IMG/VR virus record: IMGVR_UViG_2806310979_000001 | Location: 32,001 to 96,000 of that record | Strand: one strand, 5' to 3' | DNA length: 64,000 bases | Source of the DNA: a virus | Taxonomy: Duplodnaviria; Caudoviricetes | In this document: positions 1-9,387 of the stretch, one piece after another | Layout of the letters: each line of letters starts with the position of its first letter | Numbering within the stretch: position 1 is the first letter of the stretch | The notes under the pieces: generated by a model | The model's input: the letters and a program-made list of their open reading frames with translations, nothing else | Told to the model about the DNA's origin: nothing | Database searches by the model: none | Program-made: the position numbers and the translations under genes

Positions 1-154
1 AAGGCTTTTTCTTTTGAAAGTGGAGGATAAATCCAAAATTAGATGAAAATATCAAAAATAATAAAGTGTGTTTTAAGGACGATAATCAGAAACAGAGTAT
101 CTGGTTGTGGTCCTTTTTGTGTGCTTAAAACACAGTCGTAAAAGGAGGGACAGG

Positions 155-862
155 ATGAAACGGAAGTTTTGGAACTGGGTAAGAAATGAAAATGATGAGA
201 GCAGAACCCTGTTTCTAAACGGAGAGATTTCCGATGAAACATGGTACGGAGATGAAGTGACTCCCAAAATGTTCAAAGAAGAATTACAAGATGGAGAAGG
301 AGATATCACGGTATGGATCAATAGTCCGGGAGGAGATGTATTCGCAGCAGCACAGATTTATAACATGTTGATGGACTACAAAGGGAATGTGACTGTGAAA
401 ATTGATGGGCTGGCTGCTTCAGCAGCATCCGTGATTGCAATGGCGGGAACGGAAGTACAGATGTCTCCTGTGGCGATGATGATGATTCATAATCCTGCGA
501 CCATTGCTATCGGTGATTCTTCAGAAATGAAAAAGGCAATCGACATGTTGGATGAAGTAAAGGAATCCATTATGAATGCTTATGAAATTAAAACGGGACT
601 ATCAAGATCGAGGATTTCACATTTGATGGATGCGGAAAGCTGGTTCAATGCAAAGAAAGCTGTAGAACTTGGCTTTGCAGATAAGCTCCTTTTTTCTAAA
701 GAGGAACCAGAAGGGGAAGAAGAAAAAGAGTTGGAAATGGAAGCAGTGATGTTTTCACGAAAAGCGGTGACGAATTCGCTGATGTCAAAACTGATTCCCA
801 AACCAGAAAAAAAGACACCCATTGAACAGTTAGAAAAGAGACTTAGTCTCTTGGCACATTAA
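155..862 (+). CDS. ClpP-type prohead maturation protease
   Basis: WINSPGGDV, GLAASAAS, MMIHNP, ESWFNAKKAVELGFAD; RBS AGGAGG before ATG 155. Confidence 0.95.
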   Translation: MKRKFWNWVRNENDESRTLFLNGEISDETWYGDEVTPKMFKEELQDGEGDITVWINSPGGDVFAAAQIYNMLMDYKGNVTVKIDGLAASAASVIAMAGTEVQMSPVAMMMIHNPATIAIGDSSEMKKAIDMLDEVKESIMNAYEIKTGLSRSRISHLMDAESWFNAKKAVELGFADKLLFSKEEPEGEEEKELEMEAVMFSRKAVTNSLMSKLIPKPEKKTPIEQLEKRLSLLAH

Positions 863-880
863 AAGAGGAGGATTTTTAAT

Positions 881-2083
881 ATGAATCAGATTTTAGCATT
901 AAGAGAGAAAAGAGCAAAAGCGTGGGAGGCAGCAAAGGCATTTTTAGAATCTAAACGAGGAACGGACGGGTTGCTTTCAGCAGAAGATACGGCCACTTAT
1001 GACCGTATGGAAGCGGATGTGGTTAATCTTGGAAAAGAGATCGAGCGTTTAGAAAGACAGGCAGCTATTGATGCAGAACTGAATAAGCCTACTAGTCATC
1101 CAATCACAAATCAGCCGGGGAAAGGCAATGGGGGAGAAGAAAAAACAGGAAGAGCCTCAGCGGTTTATAAAACTGCATTTTGGAATGCGATGAGAAAGAA
1201 AAATTATCTTGATATTCAGAATGCTCTTCAGGTTGGAACAGATTCAGAAGGAGGTTATTTGGTTCCCGATGAATATGAAAGAACTCTGGTGGAAGCGTTG
1301 GAAGAAGAAAACTTTTTCCGAAGTCTGGCAACCGTGATTCAGACCTCCAGCGGAGATCGTAAAATTCCTATCGTGGCATCCAAAGGAGAAGCAAAGTGGA
1401 TTGATGAAGAAGCGGCATATCCAGAATCTGATGACAGCTTTGGACAGATTTCCATTAGTGCATATAAGGTTGCGACCATGATTAAAGTTTCGGATGAGTT
1501 GTTAAACGATAACGTGTTTAATTTGGAAGCCTATATTTCTAAAGAATTTGGACGAAGAATCGGAACGAAGGAAGAAGAAGCATTTTTTACCGGAGATGGC
1601 AAGGGAAAACCGACAGGAATCTTTAATGCTACAGGCGGAGCTTCTGATGGAGTCACGACCGCAGGCGCAAGCATTACGTTTGACGATGTTATGGATTTAT
1701 TTTATTCTCTGCGTTCCCCATATCGTAAAAAAGCGGTATGGATGCTCAATGACAGCACCGTAAAAGCGTTGCGTAAATTAAAAGATGGGAACGGGAATTA
1801 TATTTGGCAGCCGTCCGTGCAGGCGGGAGTGCCGGACATGATTTTGAACCGACCATATTTTACGTCTTCATTTGTACCGGAAATTGCAGCCGGACAGAAG
1901 ATCATGGCATTTGGAGATTTTTCCTATTACTGGATTGCGGACAGGCAGGGACGTTCTTTTAAACGCCTGAATGAGTTATTTGCGGCAACCGGACAGGTTG
2001 GTTTCCTTGCGAGCCAGAGGGTAGATGGGAAATTAATTCTTCCAGAAGCAGTAAAAACGATGAAACTGAAAGAAACGAGATAA
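881..2083 (+). CDS. Major capsid protein, HK97 fold
   Basis: N-terminal coiled-coil delta domain, SEGGYLVP, LRKLKDGNGNYIWQP, FGDFSYY, QRVDGK. Confidence 0.95.
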   Translation: MNQILALREKRAKAWEAAKAFLESKRGTDGLLSAEDTATYDRMEADVVNLGKEIERLERQAAIDAELNKPTSHPITNQPGKGNGGEEKTGRASAVYKTAFWNAMRKKNYLDIQNALQVGTDSEGGYLVPDEYERTLVEALEEENFFRSLATVIQTSSGDRKIPIVASKGEAKWIDEEAAYPESDDSFGQISISAYKVATMIKVSDELLNDNVFNLEAYISKEFGRRIGTKEEEAFFTGDGKGKPTGIFNATGGASDGVTTAGASITFDDVMDLFYSLRSPYRKKAVWMLNDSTVKALRKLKDGNGNYIWQPSVQAGVPDMILNRPYFTSSFVPEIAAGQKIMAFGDFSYYWIADRQGRSFKRLNELFAATGQVGFLASQRVDGKLILPEAVKTMKLKETR

Positions 2084-2100
2084 GAAAGAGGGGTGTCTAC

Positions 2101-2370
2101 ATGCTGATTACACTAGAAGAAGCGAAAGAATATTTGAAGGTGGAATATGAGGATGAAGACACCCTGATTCAAACGCTGATCGATTCTTCCGAAATACTGT
2201 GTAGAGATATTATACGGCGTGATATTCTGCCAGAGAATGCTGCCGTAAAAACTGCTGTACTATATGCGGTGGGTGTGATGTTTGAAAACCGTGGCACGAA
2301 TGAAGAAACGGAAAAAATGATTCCTACATTGAAAAATATTCTTTCTTCCAATCGTGAGGAGGTGTTCTGA
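2101..2370 (+). CDS. Head-tail connector (HK97 gp6-like)
   Basis: ITLEEAKEYLKV...EDTLI...FENR; position after capsid. Confidence 0.9.
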   Translation: MLITLEEAKEYLKVEYEDEDTLIQTLIDSSEILCRDIIRRDILPENAAVKTAVLYAVGVMFENRGTNEETEKMIPTLKNILSSNREEVF

Positions 2371-2732
2371 TGGATATTGGTTCAATGCGACAACGGATTA
2401 TTCTTCAAAAGCATATATTACACACAGACGAAATCGGAAACCACCAGTCTCATTGGGAGAAATTTTATTCATGTTTTGCTTATGTAAATCTTGCGTCTGG
2501 AAAAGAAAATGTTACGGATATAGAAACGCTATCGGAAGATACATTGGTGTTTATATTACGCTGGTGTGAAAAATTGAGAGAAATCAATAAAAAACAATAT
2601 CGGATTTTGTTTGATAATGAGGTTTATAACATCATTTGTGTGGATGATGTGCAGTTTACGCATAAAAAATTAAAACTGACAGCAGTTCGGGAGATACGAG
2701 GTGGAAAGAATGAGCAGACGGGTGACATCTAA
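2370..2732 (+). CDS. Head closure protein
   Basis: MRQRIILQK...DEIGN...W, FILRW, YRILF..YNI; synteny. Confidence 0.85.
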   Translation: MDIGSMRQRIILQKHILHTDEIGNHQSHWEKFYSCFAYVNLASGKENVTDIETLSEDTLVFILRWCEKLREINKKQYRILFDNEVYNIICVDDVQFTHKKLKLTAVREIRGGKNEQTGDI

Positions 2733-3087
2733 TCAAATGGCATCAGAGATCATGAATGCTTTGAAAGAGTATAAAGAAGTGACAGATGATGTTGTAAAGC
2801 AGGCGGTCAATACAGTTTCTGAAGAAACAAAGAAAATGGTACAATCTGCTTCTCCCACAGATAGTGGTGGGTACAAGAAAGGGTGGACTGCGAAAAAGAT
2901 GAAAGATTCTGCAAGTAAAACAGAGGTTGTCGTTTATAATCGCAGCAAACCCGGACTAACTCATTTATTGGAGAAAGGCCATGCAAAGCGAGGAGGGGGC
3001 AGGGTAGAAGCAAAAGTGCATATTGCACCAGCGGAATCCTATGCCATATCACAGCTTGAAGATAAGATCGTGAAGGGATTGAAATGA
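2710..3087 (+). CDS. HK97 gp10-family neck/tail-completion protein
   Basis: SP..SGGYKKGW, THLLEKGHAKRGGGRV..HIAPA. Confidence 0.85.
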   Translation: MSRRVTSNQMASEIMNALKEYKEVTDDVVKQAVNTVSEETKKMVQSASPTDSGGYKKGWTAKKMKDSASKTEVVVYNRSKPGLTHLLEKGHAKRGGGRVEAKVHIAPAESYAISQLEDKIVKGLK

Positions 3088-3404
3088 TGGAATTAAAAAA
3101 TATTATGAAGTTATTAGGTGGTCTTGGAATTCCTATTGCATATCATCACTTTGCAGAAGGAGAATCTCCAGAACCGCCATTTTTAATTTATTTGACTCCG
3201 GGTAGTCATAATTTCTCCGCAGATGGAATGGTGTATTTTAAAGTAAAGCAATTAGATGTGGAACTATACACAGATAAAAAAGATCTTGCACTTGAAGAAA
3301 AATTGGAGAAGATTTTGGATGCACAGGGGATTTTCTATAACAAAACAGAAACATATATCAAATCAGAAAAATTGTATGAAGTGTTGTACGAATTGGAGGT
3401 ATAG
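3084..3404 (+). CDS. Tail terminator-like protein
   Basis: AYHHFAEGESPEPPF, NFSADG.VY, ELYTDKKD, EKLYEVLY; synteny. Confidence 0.75.
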   Translation: MMELKNIMKLLGGLGIPIAYHHFAEGESPEPPFLIYLTPGSHNFSADGMVYFKVKQLDVELYTDKKDLALEEKLEKILDAQGIFYNKTETYIKSEKLYEVLYELEV

Positions 3405-3406
3405 CA

Positions 3407-3994
3407 ATGGGAAATAAAGTAAAGTTTAATTTGAAAAATGTTCATGCGGCAAAGCTGACAGAAAAGGAAGAAGGGGGAAGTACAAAATTTGAATATGGTG
3501 TACCAAAGGCTATTCCGGGAGCTGTCAGTATCAGCCTGGACGCAGAAGGAGAATCCAGTCCGTTTTATGCAGATGGAATCGTATATTTCCGTTCTGTGAC
3601 AAACAATGGTTATAGCGGAGATTTAGAAATGGCGCTGATTCCAGAATGGTTTAGAACAGAAATTTTACAAGAAAAGCTGGATGCAAAGGGAGTGTTGGTA
3701 GAGAATAGTTCCGTTGCAGAAAGTGTAAAATTTGCCCTGTTATTTGAATTTGATGGGGATATTAATGCAATCAGGCACGTCCTTTATAATTGTAGTGCTT
3801 CACGACCATCCATTGAATCTGAAACAAAAGAAGATACAATTGAACCGGGAACGGAGACCTTGTCTATTACGGCAGATCCACGGTCTGACGGATTGGTAAA
3901 AGCACGAACAGGCGATACTACGGATGAGACCACCTATAAAGAATGGTATAAAACGGTGTACACACCAACGGAAGAAGGAGGCGGAATGGCATGA
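3407..3994 (+). CDS. Major tail protein (phi13 family)
   Basis: NKVKFNLKNVHAA, IPGAVSISLDAEG, FYADG, FALLFEFDGD, LYNC.A.RP. Confidence 0.92.
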   Translation: MGNKVKFNLKNVHAAKLTEKEEGGSTKFEYGVPKAIPGAVSISLDAEGESSPFYADGIVYFRSVTNNGYSGDLEMALIPEWFRTEILQEKLDAKGVLVENSSVAESVKFALLFEFDGDINAIRHVLYNCSASRPSIESETKEDTIEPGTETLSITADPRSDGLVKARTGDTTDETTYKEWYKTVYTPTEEGGGMA

Positions 3995-4365
3995 TTAAAA
4001 GAGAAATAGAAATCTGTGGAAAAAAGATTCCTTTTCGTTCTTCAGCAACAATTCCCCGATTATACAGGGCAAAATTCAAAAGAGATATTTTTAAAGATTT
4101 GAGTAAATTAGAAAAATCGTATGTTGGAACACAAAAAGATGGCGCAGAATTTCAGATTGATGATCTGGAAATTTTTGAAAATGTGGCGTATATCATGGCA
4201 TATCATGCGGATAACAGTATACCTTCTACAATAGAAGAATGGCTCGATCAGTTTGATATGTTTTCTATTTATGAAGTGCTGCCACAAATTTTGGAATTAT
4301 GGGGAGACAATGTGGCTACGGATATCAAAGCAAAAAAAGGCTTGGCAGAAGTGAGCGGGAGATGA
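3991..4365 (+). CDS. Tail assembly chaperone (gpG-like)
   Basis: Between major tail and TMP; ends in slippery GCA AAA AAA GGC. Confidence 0.8.
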   Translation: MIKREIEICGKKIPFRSSATIPRLYRAKFKRDIFKDLSKLEKSYVGTQKDGAEFQIDDLEIFENVAYIMAYHADNSIPSTIEEWLDQFDMFSIYEVLPQILELWGDNVATDIKAKKGLAEVSGR

Positions 4366-4526
4366 CAACGCCCCTGTTCCTTCTGCGATGTACGGAAATA
4401 GGAATTTCAATTGTAGATTTGGATTTTTTGACGATTGGTCTTGTGATTGATATGTGGACAGAAAGAGCCAATGATAGTGTAAAATATAAGCGTTTGGCCA
4501 GTCAGGAAGATTTTGACAAGTTCTAG
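4332..4526 (+). CDS. Tail chaperone C-terminal extension (gpT-like), reached by -1 frameshift or from ATG 4362
   Basis: A7G run at 4332-4339; -1 frame is open (KKRLGRSEREMTTPLFLLR...QEDFDKF); same arrangement in prophage 2. Confidence 0.75.
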   Translation, partial: KKRLGRSEREMTTPLFLLRCTEIGISIVDLDFLTIGLVIDMWTERANDSVKYKRLASQEDFDKF

Positions 4527-4538
4527 TATTTTATTTAT

Positions 4539-4568
4539 AGAACATCAGCTGATAGAAACTGATGTTCT
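4539..4568. terminator. Inverted repeat/possible terminator at left edge of moron
   Basis: AGAACATCAG ... CTGATGTTCT perfect 10-bp stem. Confidence 0.55.
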
Positions 4569-4591
4569 GTAAATAAAATTGAAAAAAGTAC

Positions 4592-4622
4592 TTGACCGTA
4601 CCCGGGGACGTTCTGATAATCT
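4592..4622 (+). promoter_or_regulatory. MerR-type promoter with dyad in a long spacer
   Basis: TTGACC-N19-TAATCT with near-palindrome CGTACCCGGGGACG (4597-4610) immediately upstream of a MerR gene. Confidence 0.7.
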
Positions 4623-4644
4623 ATGTATAAGAGGAGGCGGAACA

Positions 4645-5466
4645 ATGAGTTATAATACACATTGGATTGAAAAATACATAGGTATCACTAGAAAAACACT
4701 ATTAACATATGAGAAAAAGGGCTTTGTAAAGCCGGAAAGAAATTCCGTGACAGATTTTCGTGAATATAGTGATGAAGATTTAATGCGCATTTGGCAGATA
4801 AAATTACTGGTAGAATTAAAATATTCTTTTAAAGAAATTACTGAATTGATACTGGATGAAGATACTCCTATCCGAGATTCGATCGACAAAAAAATAAAGA
4901 AATTAGAAAAGGAAAAAGAAAAGATAGAGCAACTAATTGGGGTAGCACGGATGATAAAGGTTACAGGAAGGATGCCCACTATAAAAATGGATAGATTAGG
5001 AGAAACGGTATTCGAAGATTTTCTGCAGTTTGTTAAGGCAAATTGGAATGTTAATGTAGATCCTAAAGTATCTGAGTACGCTGCCTTAATAGAAAGGTTA
5101 TCAGAGAAGCCACAAAGTGAGTGGACTGAGGATGAAATGCTACAGTTTATGCAACATATGGATGAAACTCAGATAGAGATGTCATTAAGCATTCATAAGT
5201 ACTGTACGGCTATACTTGAGAGTGAATCATTAGGAATAACTGATTTATTTATACAGGATTTGGTGGAACAGTTATATGAATGTTTTGGGGAATTTTACGC
5301 TGAACAAGGAGTTAAACTTTCACCTATCAAATTTTGGGATTTGTTTGGAAATGCTTTAATTGATGGAAGTTCTGCACTAATGTTTGAACAACAATATGGA
5401 AAGAAGGGATGCCAGTTTATATTCGAAGCTATAGAATATTTTGCGAAAAATAGTGAAAAGAATTGA
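4645..5466 (+). CDS. MerR-family regulator, Mta/TipA-like (possible TipAS ligand domain)
   Basis: GITRKTLLTYEKKGFVKPER...FREYSDEDL MerR HTH, coiled coil, C-terminal YGKKGCQFIFEAIEYF; RBS GAGGAGG. Confidence 0.85.
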   Translation: MSYNTHWIEKYIGITRKTLLTYEKKGFVKPERNSVTDFREYSDEDLMRIWQIKLLVELKYSFKEITELILDEDTPIRDSIDKKIKKLEKEKEKIEQLIGVARMIKVTGRMPTIKMDRLGETVFEDFLQFVKANWNVNVDPKVSEYAALIERLSEKPQSEWTEDEMLQFMQHMDETQIEMSLSIHKYCTAILESESLGITDLFIQDLVEQLYECFGEFYAEQGVKLSPIKFWDLFGNALIDGSSALMFEQQYGKKGCQFIFEAIEYFAKNSEKN

Positions 5467-5493
5467 TTACGTCTTGGAAAGGAGCGGTTGGAT

Positions 5494-5706
5494 ATGGCGA
5501 GATATGAATGTCCAGAATGTGAAACAGAAATGAATCTTTTGTGGGAGGAAAACAAGGTTATTTGTCCTAACTGTGGATGCTGGGAAGAAATTAGTGACGA
5601 AGAAATGGAAGACTTTGATGGAGAAAGCAGCATGTCATATTGCAATGTATGTGAACACAGTGATGAATATCCTGAATGTAAGGATCGTTGTCCATATGAT
5701 GATTAA
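5494..5706 (+). CDS. Small acidic Cys-rich (double Zn-binding) hypothetical protein
   Basis: CPEC, CPNC, CNVC, CKDRC; many D/E; RBS AAGGAG. Confidence 0.7.
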   Translation: MARYECPECETEMNLLWEENKVICPNCGCWEEISDEEMEDFDGESSMSYCNVCEHSDEYPECKDRCPYDD

Positions 5707-5726
5707 AATGAGAAGGAGACGTTAAA

Positions 5727-6293
5727 ATGCAGTTATCAGCAACAGAACTCGGAAAAGAATATGGTTTATCAGGAGAAGAAATGAACCGTGTGTTGGTAAA
5801 ACTGGGATATTTAATGGGTGAACCCGGCGATTATGATGTAACGATTAAAGGAAGGCCTTATGCAGTAACAAAAAATTTTCATCGTGGAACAGGTGGTTAT
5901 GGATATTACAATCGGTATTGGAATACCAGAACTTTTGATGATTCCATAAAAGATGTGTTGGAGGTAACTAAGGAATTAGTTTCAGAAGTAAGGGCTGAAA
6001 TAGAGGAAGGTAAACTATTAAGAGCTGCTGTTAGAAAAGCGGCCAGAGAAAAAGCGAATGCAGAATTTTTAGCGAAAGAAGCTGCTAAACAGGCAGAAAA
6101 ATTAAAAGTAGAGAAAGAACTGGCAGAAGCTTTAACGAAGAAAGAAAATTGGAAAACAGTTGGAAAAGTAGGTTTAGTTGCTTCCGGAATTTTGCTTACA
6201 GGATATGGAGTTTATAAAGTAACACCATATCTGAAGCAATGGAGGGAAAAATCAAAAAAAGTCAAGGAAAAAGAAACTGTAGAAACTGAATAA
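5727..6293 (+). CDS. Hypothetical: KilAC/ANT-like winged helix, coiled coil and one TM helix
   Basis: LSATELGKEYGLSGEEMNRVLVKLGYL...VTIKG; hydrophobic VGLVASGILLTGYGVY; RBS AAGGAG. Confidence 0.65.
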   Translation: MQLSATELGKEYGLSGEEMNRVLVKLGYLMGEPGDYDVTIKGRPYAVTKNFHRGTGGYGYYNRYWNTRTFDDSIKDVLEVTKELVSEVRAEIEEGKLLRAAVRKAAREKANAEFLAKEAAKQAEKLKVEKELAEALTKKENWKTVGKVGLVASGILLTGYGVYKVTPYLKQWREKSKKVKEKETVETE

Positions 6294-6310
6294 TTACATA
6301 TATTGAAAGT

Positions 6311-6370
6311 GCATCGGTTCAGAAAAGAATCGGTGCTTTTTTCATGCTCGGAGAAATCCGGGCTTTCTTT
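6311..6370 (+). terminator. Tandem terminator-like hairpins closing the moron
   Basis: GCATCGGTTC-loop-GAATCGGTGC-TTTTTT then GCTCGGA-GAAA-TCCGGGC-TTTCTTT. Confidence 0.7.
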
Positions 6371-6396
6371 ATGTCTTTTTGGGAGGAGGTGCAGAC

Positions 6397-9387
6397 ATGG
6401 GAAACAGGATTAAAGGAATTACAGTTGAAATCGGAGGAGATACAACAGGTCTTGATAAAGCGTTACGCGGCGTGAATTCTTCAATTACTAAGACACAGTC
6501 TGCCCTCAATGATGTAAATAAATTGTTGAAACTCGATCCATCAAATACTGTATTGGTGGCACAGAAGCAGCAGTTGCTGTCGCAAGCGGTCAGTCAGACA
6601 AGTGACAAATTGGAAGTATTGGAATCTGCACAGGAGCAGGTTACGGCAGCTTTTCAAAGGGGGGATATAGGTCAGGACAAATATCAGGCATTTCAAAGAG
6701 AGATAGAGGAAACACGAGGAAAGCTGAATCAGTATAAAAATGATTTATCCTCTCTCCAAACGGAACAAGACCGTCTTTCTTCCAATACGGCAAGATTGGA
6801 AAAATTATTTTCTTTGACAGGAACACAAGTGGATGATTATGCGGATGTTCTTGGAAGTAAATTAGTTTCTGCGATTAAAAATGGAACTGCCAATTCAGAT
6901 CAAATGAAGACAGCCATCGAGAAAATTGGAAAGTCTGCAACAGGCGGGAAAGCAGATATCCGTCAATTGACCGATGCGTTAGATACGGTTGATGATGGAG
7001 AAGCTATCCGTAATCTGATTGAAGAATTAAAGCAGGCAGGGGATGCGGCTCAGGATACTGCCGAGGATGTGGGGCAGATTGCAGAAAATACAAAAGGTGC
7101 TGCCTTGATGCAGACTGCAGATCAGCTTTCTGCTGTAGGAGATAAAATTCAGGACATCGGAACAAAAGCAATGGATGCTTATTCGGAAACAGAGAATGCG
7201 GTCACAAAAGTAAATGCGTATTTTGGAGAAACCGGACAGGCAGCAGAAGAATCGGCAAATGTTATTAAATCTGTGTATTCGGATGGCGTTGGAGAAAGCA
7301 TGGACAGCGTGGCAGATGCCGTACTTATGGTAAAAAAGAACTTGGGCGATCTGAGTGAAACAGACCTTACTAATTTGACACAGCAGGCCATTACATTGGA
7401 CGAATTGTATGGAATTGATATGAATGAAACGCTTCGTGGTGTGAATTCCTTAATGCAGCAGTATGGTTTAACCGCACAGGAAGCGATGGATTATATCGTA
7501 GTTGGCACACAGAATGGCTTGGATAAAACGAATGAGTTAGGAGATAACCTGAGTGAATATGCAGGAAAGTTTTCTCAGGCGGGATATTCGGCATCGGAGT
7601 ATTTCCAATTGCTGGACAATGGCTTGAAGAATGGTGCGTATAATCTTGACAAGGTAAACGATGCCATCAATGAAGTGACTACCCGTCTTGTGGATGGAAC
7701 ACTTGGAGAGTCCATAGGTTCTTTTTCTACAAAAACACAGGAATTATTTACTTCATGGCAGAATGGAGGGGCAACACAGAAGCAGGTCATTGATTCTATC
7801 GTGGCAGATATCGGAAACTGTACGAATCAACAGGAAGCGTTAAACCTTGCTGCTTTAGCGTTTGGAACAATGGCGGAAGATGGAAACTTAAAATTCATTA
7901 CGTCCCTGACTTCTGTCGGAAGCACCTATGAGAGTGTAAAAGGTTCTGCACAGGGGATGTTCGATGCGACAACAACACCGATGCAGCAGATGGAGTCCAA
8001 TACAAGAAAATTACAGCAGGCATTAGTACCTTTAGGAGAAAAACTGGCGGAATTGGCAAATGCAATCCTTCCACCATTGGTATCCGTGATTACCACGATT
8101 GGAGGATGGTTTGAGAGATTACCGGGACCGGTTCAAAATTTCGTCATTATTTTAGGGACATTGTTGGCAGCATTCACAGCCCTTACTCCGGTCATTGCAG
8201 CGATTTCCGTGGCGATGGGTGCTTTGAATGTTTCAATGCTTCCTATTATTGCTGTCATTGCAGCGGTGGCAGCGGCGATTGCCGGAATTATTGCGATTAT
8301 ACAAAATTGGGGTGCGATTACACAATGGTTCGGAGAGCTGTGGAATACCATCTGTACCGGAATTGGTGCAATGGTAGATTCCCTAAAAGCATGGTTTTCA
8401 AATTTGTGGACGCACTTGCAGTCTGTATGGGAAGGAATATGTAATGTGGTACAGACGGCGGTCATGCTGCTCGGCTCTATTATTCAGGGTGCGGTGGATA
8501 TTATAACGTTACCGTTCCAGATGATTTGGGAGAACTGTAAAGGAATTGTTTCTTCCGTATGGGAGGGCATTAAATCTGTAGTGTCATCTGCAATCCATGC
8601 AGTTTCCAGTACAATCTCATCTGTGATGGGAGCGATAAAAAATGTGATTTCTACAGTATGGAATGCAATAAGCAGTAAGGTCTCATCTGTTTTAAATACC
8701 ATAAAAACTACGGTATCAACAGTATTTAATGCTGTGAAATCCGTGGCATCATCGATATGGAATGGAATCAAATCCGTAATTTCTTCGGTGGTGGATGGCA
8801 TAAAAAGTAAGGTCAGTTCCGTATTCAATGGCGTGAAAAGCACGGTTACTTCTATTTTCAACGGGATTAAAAGTACAGCTACTTCCGTTTGGAATGGAAT
8901 CAAAGATGCGATTATAAAACCAGTGGAAGCAGCAAAAAATGCGGTGAAGGGAATCATAGATAAAATTACAGGATTCTTTTCCGGTATGAAACTGGAACTT
9001 CCTAAAATCAAGCTGCCACATTTTAAGATTTCAGGAAAGTTGTCACTTTCGCCTCCGAGTGTACCGCATCTTTCCATTGATTGGTATAAGGAAGGTGGTA
9101 TTTTAACCAAGCCTACTGTTTTTGGGATGAATGGAAGCAGCTTAATGGCAGGAGGAGAAGCAGGTAAGGAAGCGGTTCTTCCATTGAAAGGGTTTTATGA
9201 TCAGTTAGAGCATATTTTATCAAGTCGGATGAATACAGGAAAAATGGAGCAGTATCTTGCCGTAATCGCCAATAACAGCAGTAAGGGCATTTATTTGGAA
9301 GATGGAACATTGGTGGGACATCTGCTTCCGGCTATTGACAGTCGTTTGGGACAGGCACAGAAGTTGAACAGGAGGTTGAGTTTATGA
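6397..9387 (+). CDS. Tail tape measure protein
   Basis: RIKGITVEIGGDTTGL N-terminus, hydrophobic central segment, about 11-aa periodic W/F repeats, C-terminal WYKEGGI...AGKEAVLPL. Confidence 0.93.
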   Translation: MGNRIKGITVEIGGDTTGLDKALRGVNSSITKTQSALNDVNKLLKLDPSNTVLVAQKQQLLSQAVSQTSDKLEVLESAQEQVTAAFQRGDIGQDKYQAFQREIEETRGKLNQYKNDLSSLQTEQDRLSSNTARLEKLFSLTGTQVDDYADVLGSKLVSAIKNGTANSDQMKTAIEKIGKSATGGKADIRQLTDALDTVDDGEAIRNLIEELKQAGDAAQDTAEDVGQIAENTKGAALMQTADQLSAVGDKIQDIGTKAMDAYSETENAVTKVNAYFGETGQAAEESANVIKSVYSDGVGESMDSVADAVLMVKKNLGDLSETDLTNLTQQAITLDELYGIDMNETLRGVNSLMQQYGLTAQEAMDYIVVGTQNGLDKTNELGDNLSEYAGKFSQAGYSASEYFQLLDNGLKNGAYNLDKVNDAINEVTTRLVDGTLGESIGSFSTKTQELFTSWQNGGATQKQVIDSIVADIGNCTNQQEALNLAALAFGTMAEDGNLKFITSLTSVGSTYESVKGSAQGMFDATTTPMQQMESNTRKLQQALVPLGEKLAELANAILPPLVSVITTIGGWFERLPGPVQNFVIILGTLLAAFTALTPVIAAISVAMGALNVSMLPIIAVIAAVAAAIAGIIAIIQNWGAITQWFGELWNTICTGIGAMVDSLKAWFSNLWTHLQSVWEGICNVVQTAVMLLGSIIQGAVDIITLPFQMIWENCKGIVSSVWEGIKSVVSSAIHAVSSTISSVMGAIKNVISTVWNAISSKVSSVLNTIKTTVSTVFNAVKSVASSIWNGIKSVISSVVDGIKSKVSSVFNGVKSTVTSIFNGIKSTATSVWNGIKDAIIKPVEAAKNAVKGIIDKITGFFSGMKLELPKIKLPHFKISGKLSLSPPSVPHLSIDWYKEGGILTKPTVFGMNGSSLMAGGEAGKEAVLPLKGFYDQLEHILSSRMNTGKMEQYLAVIANNSSKGIYLEDGTLVGHLLPAIDSRLGQAQKLNRRLSL

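Noticed and set aside
8500-8960. Tandem DNA repeat array
   Set aside because: Periodicity reflects the ordinary 11-aa repeats of tape measure proteins; the antisense ORF 8484-9110 is its shadow
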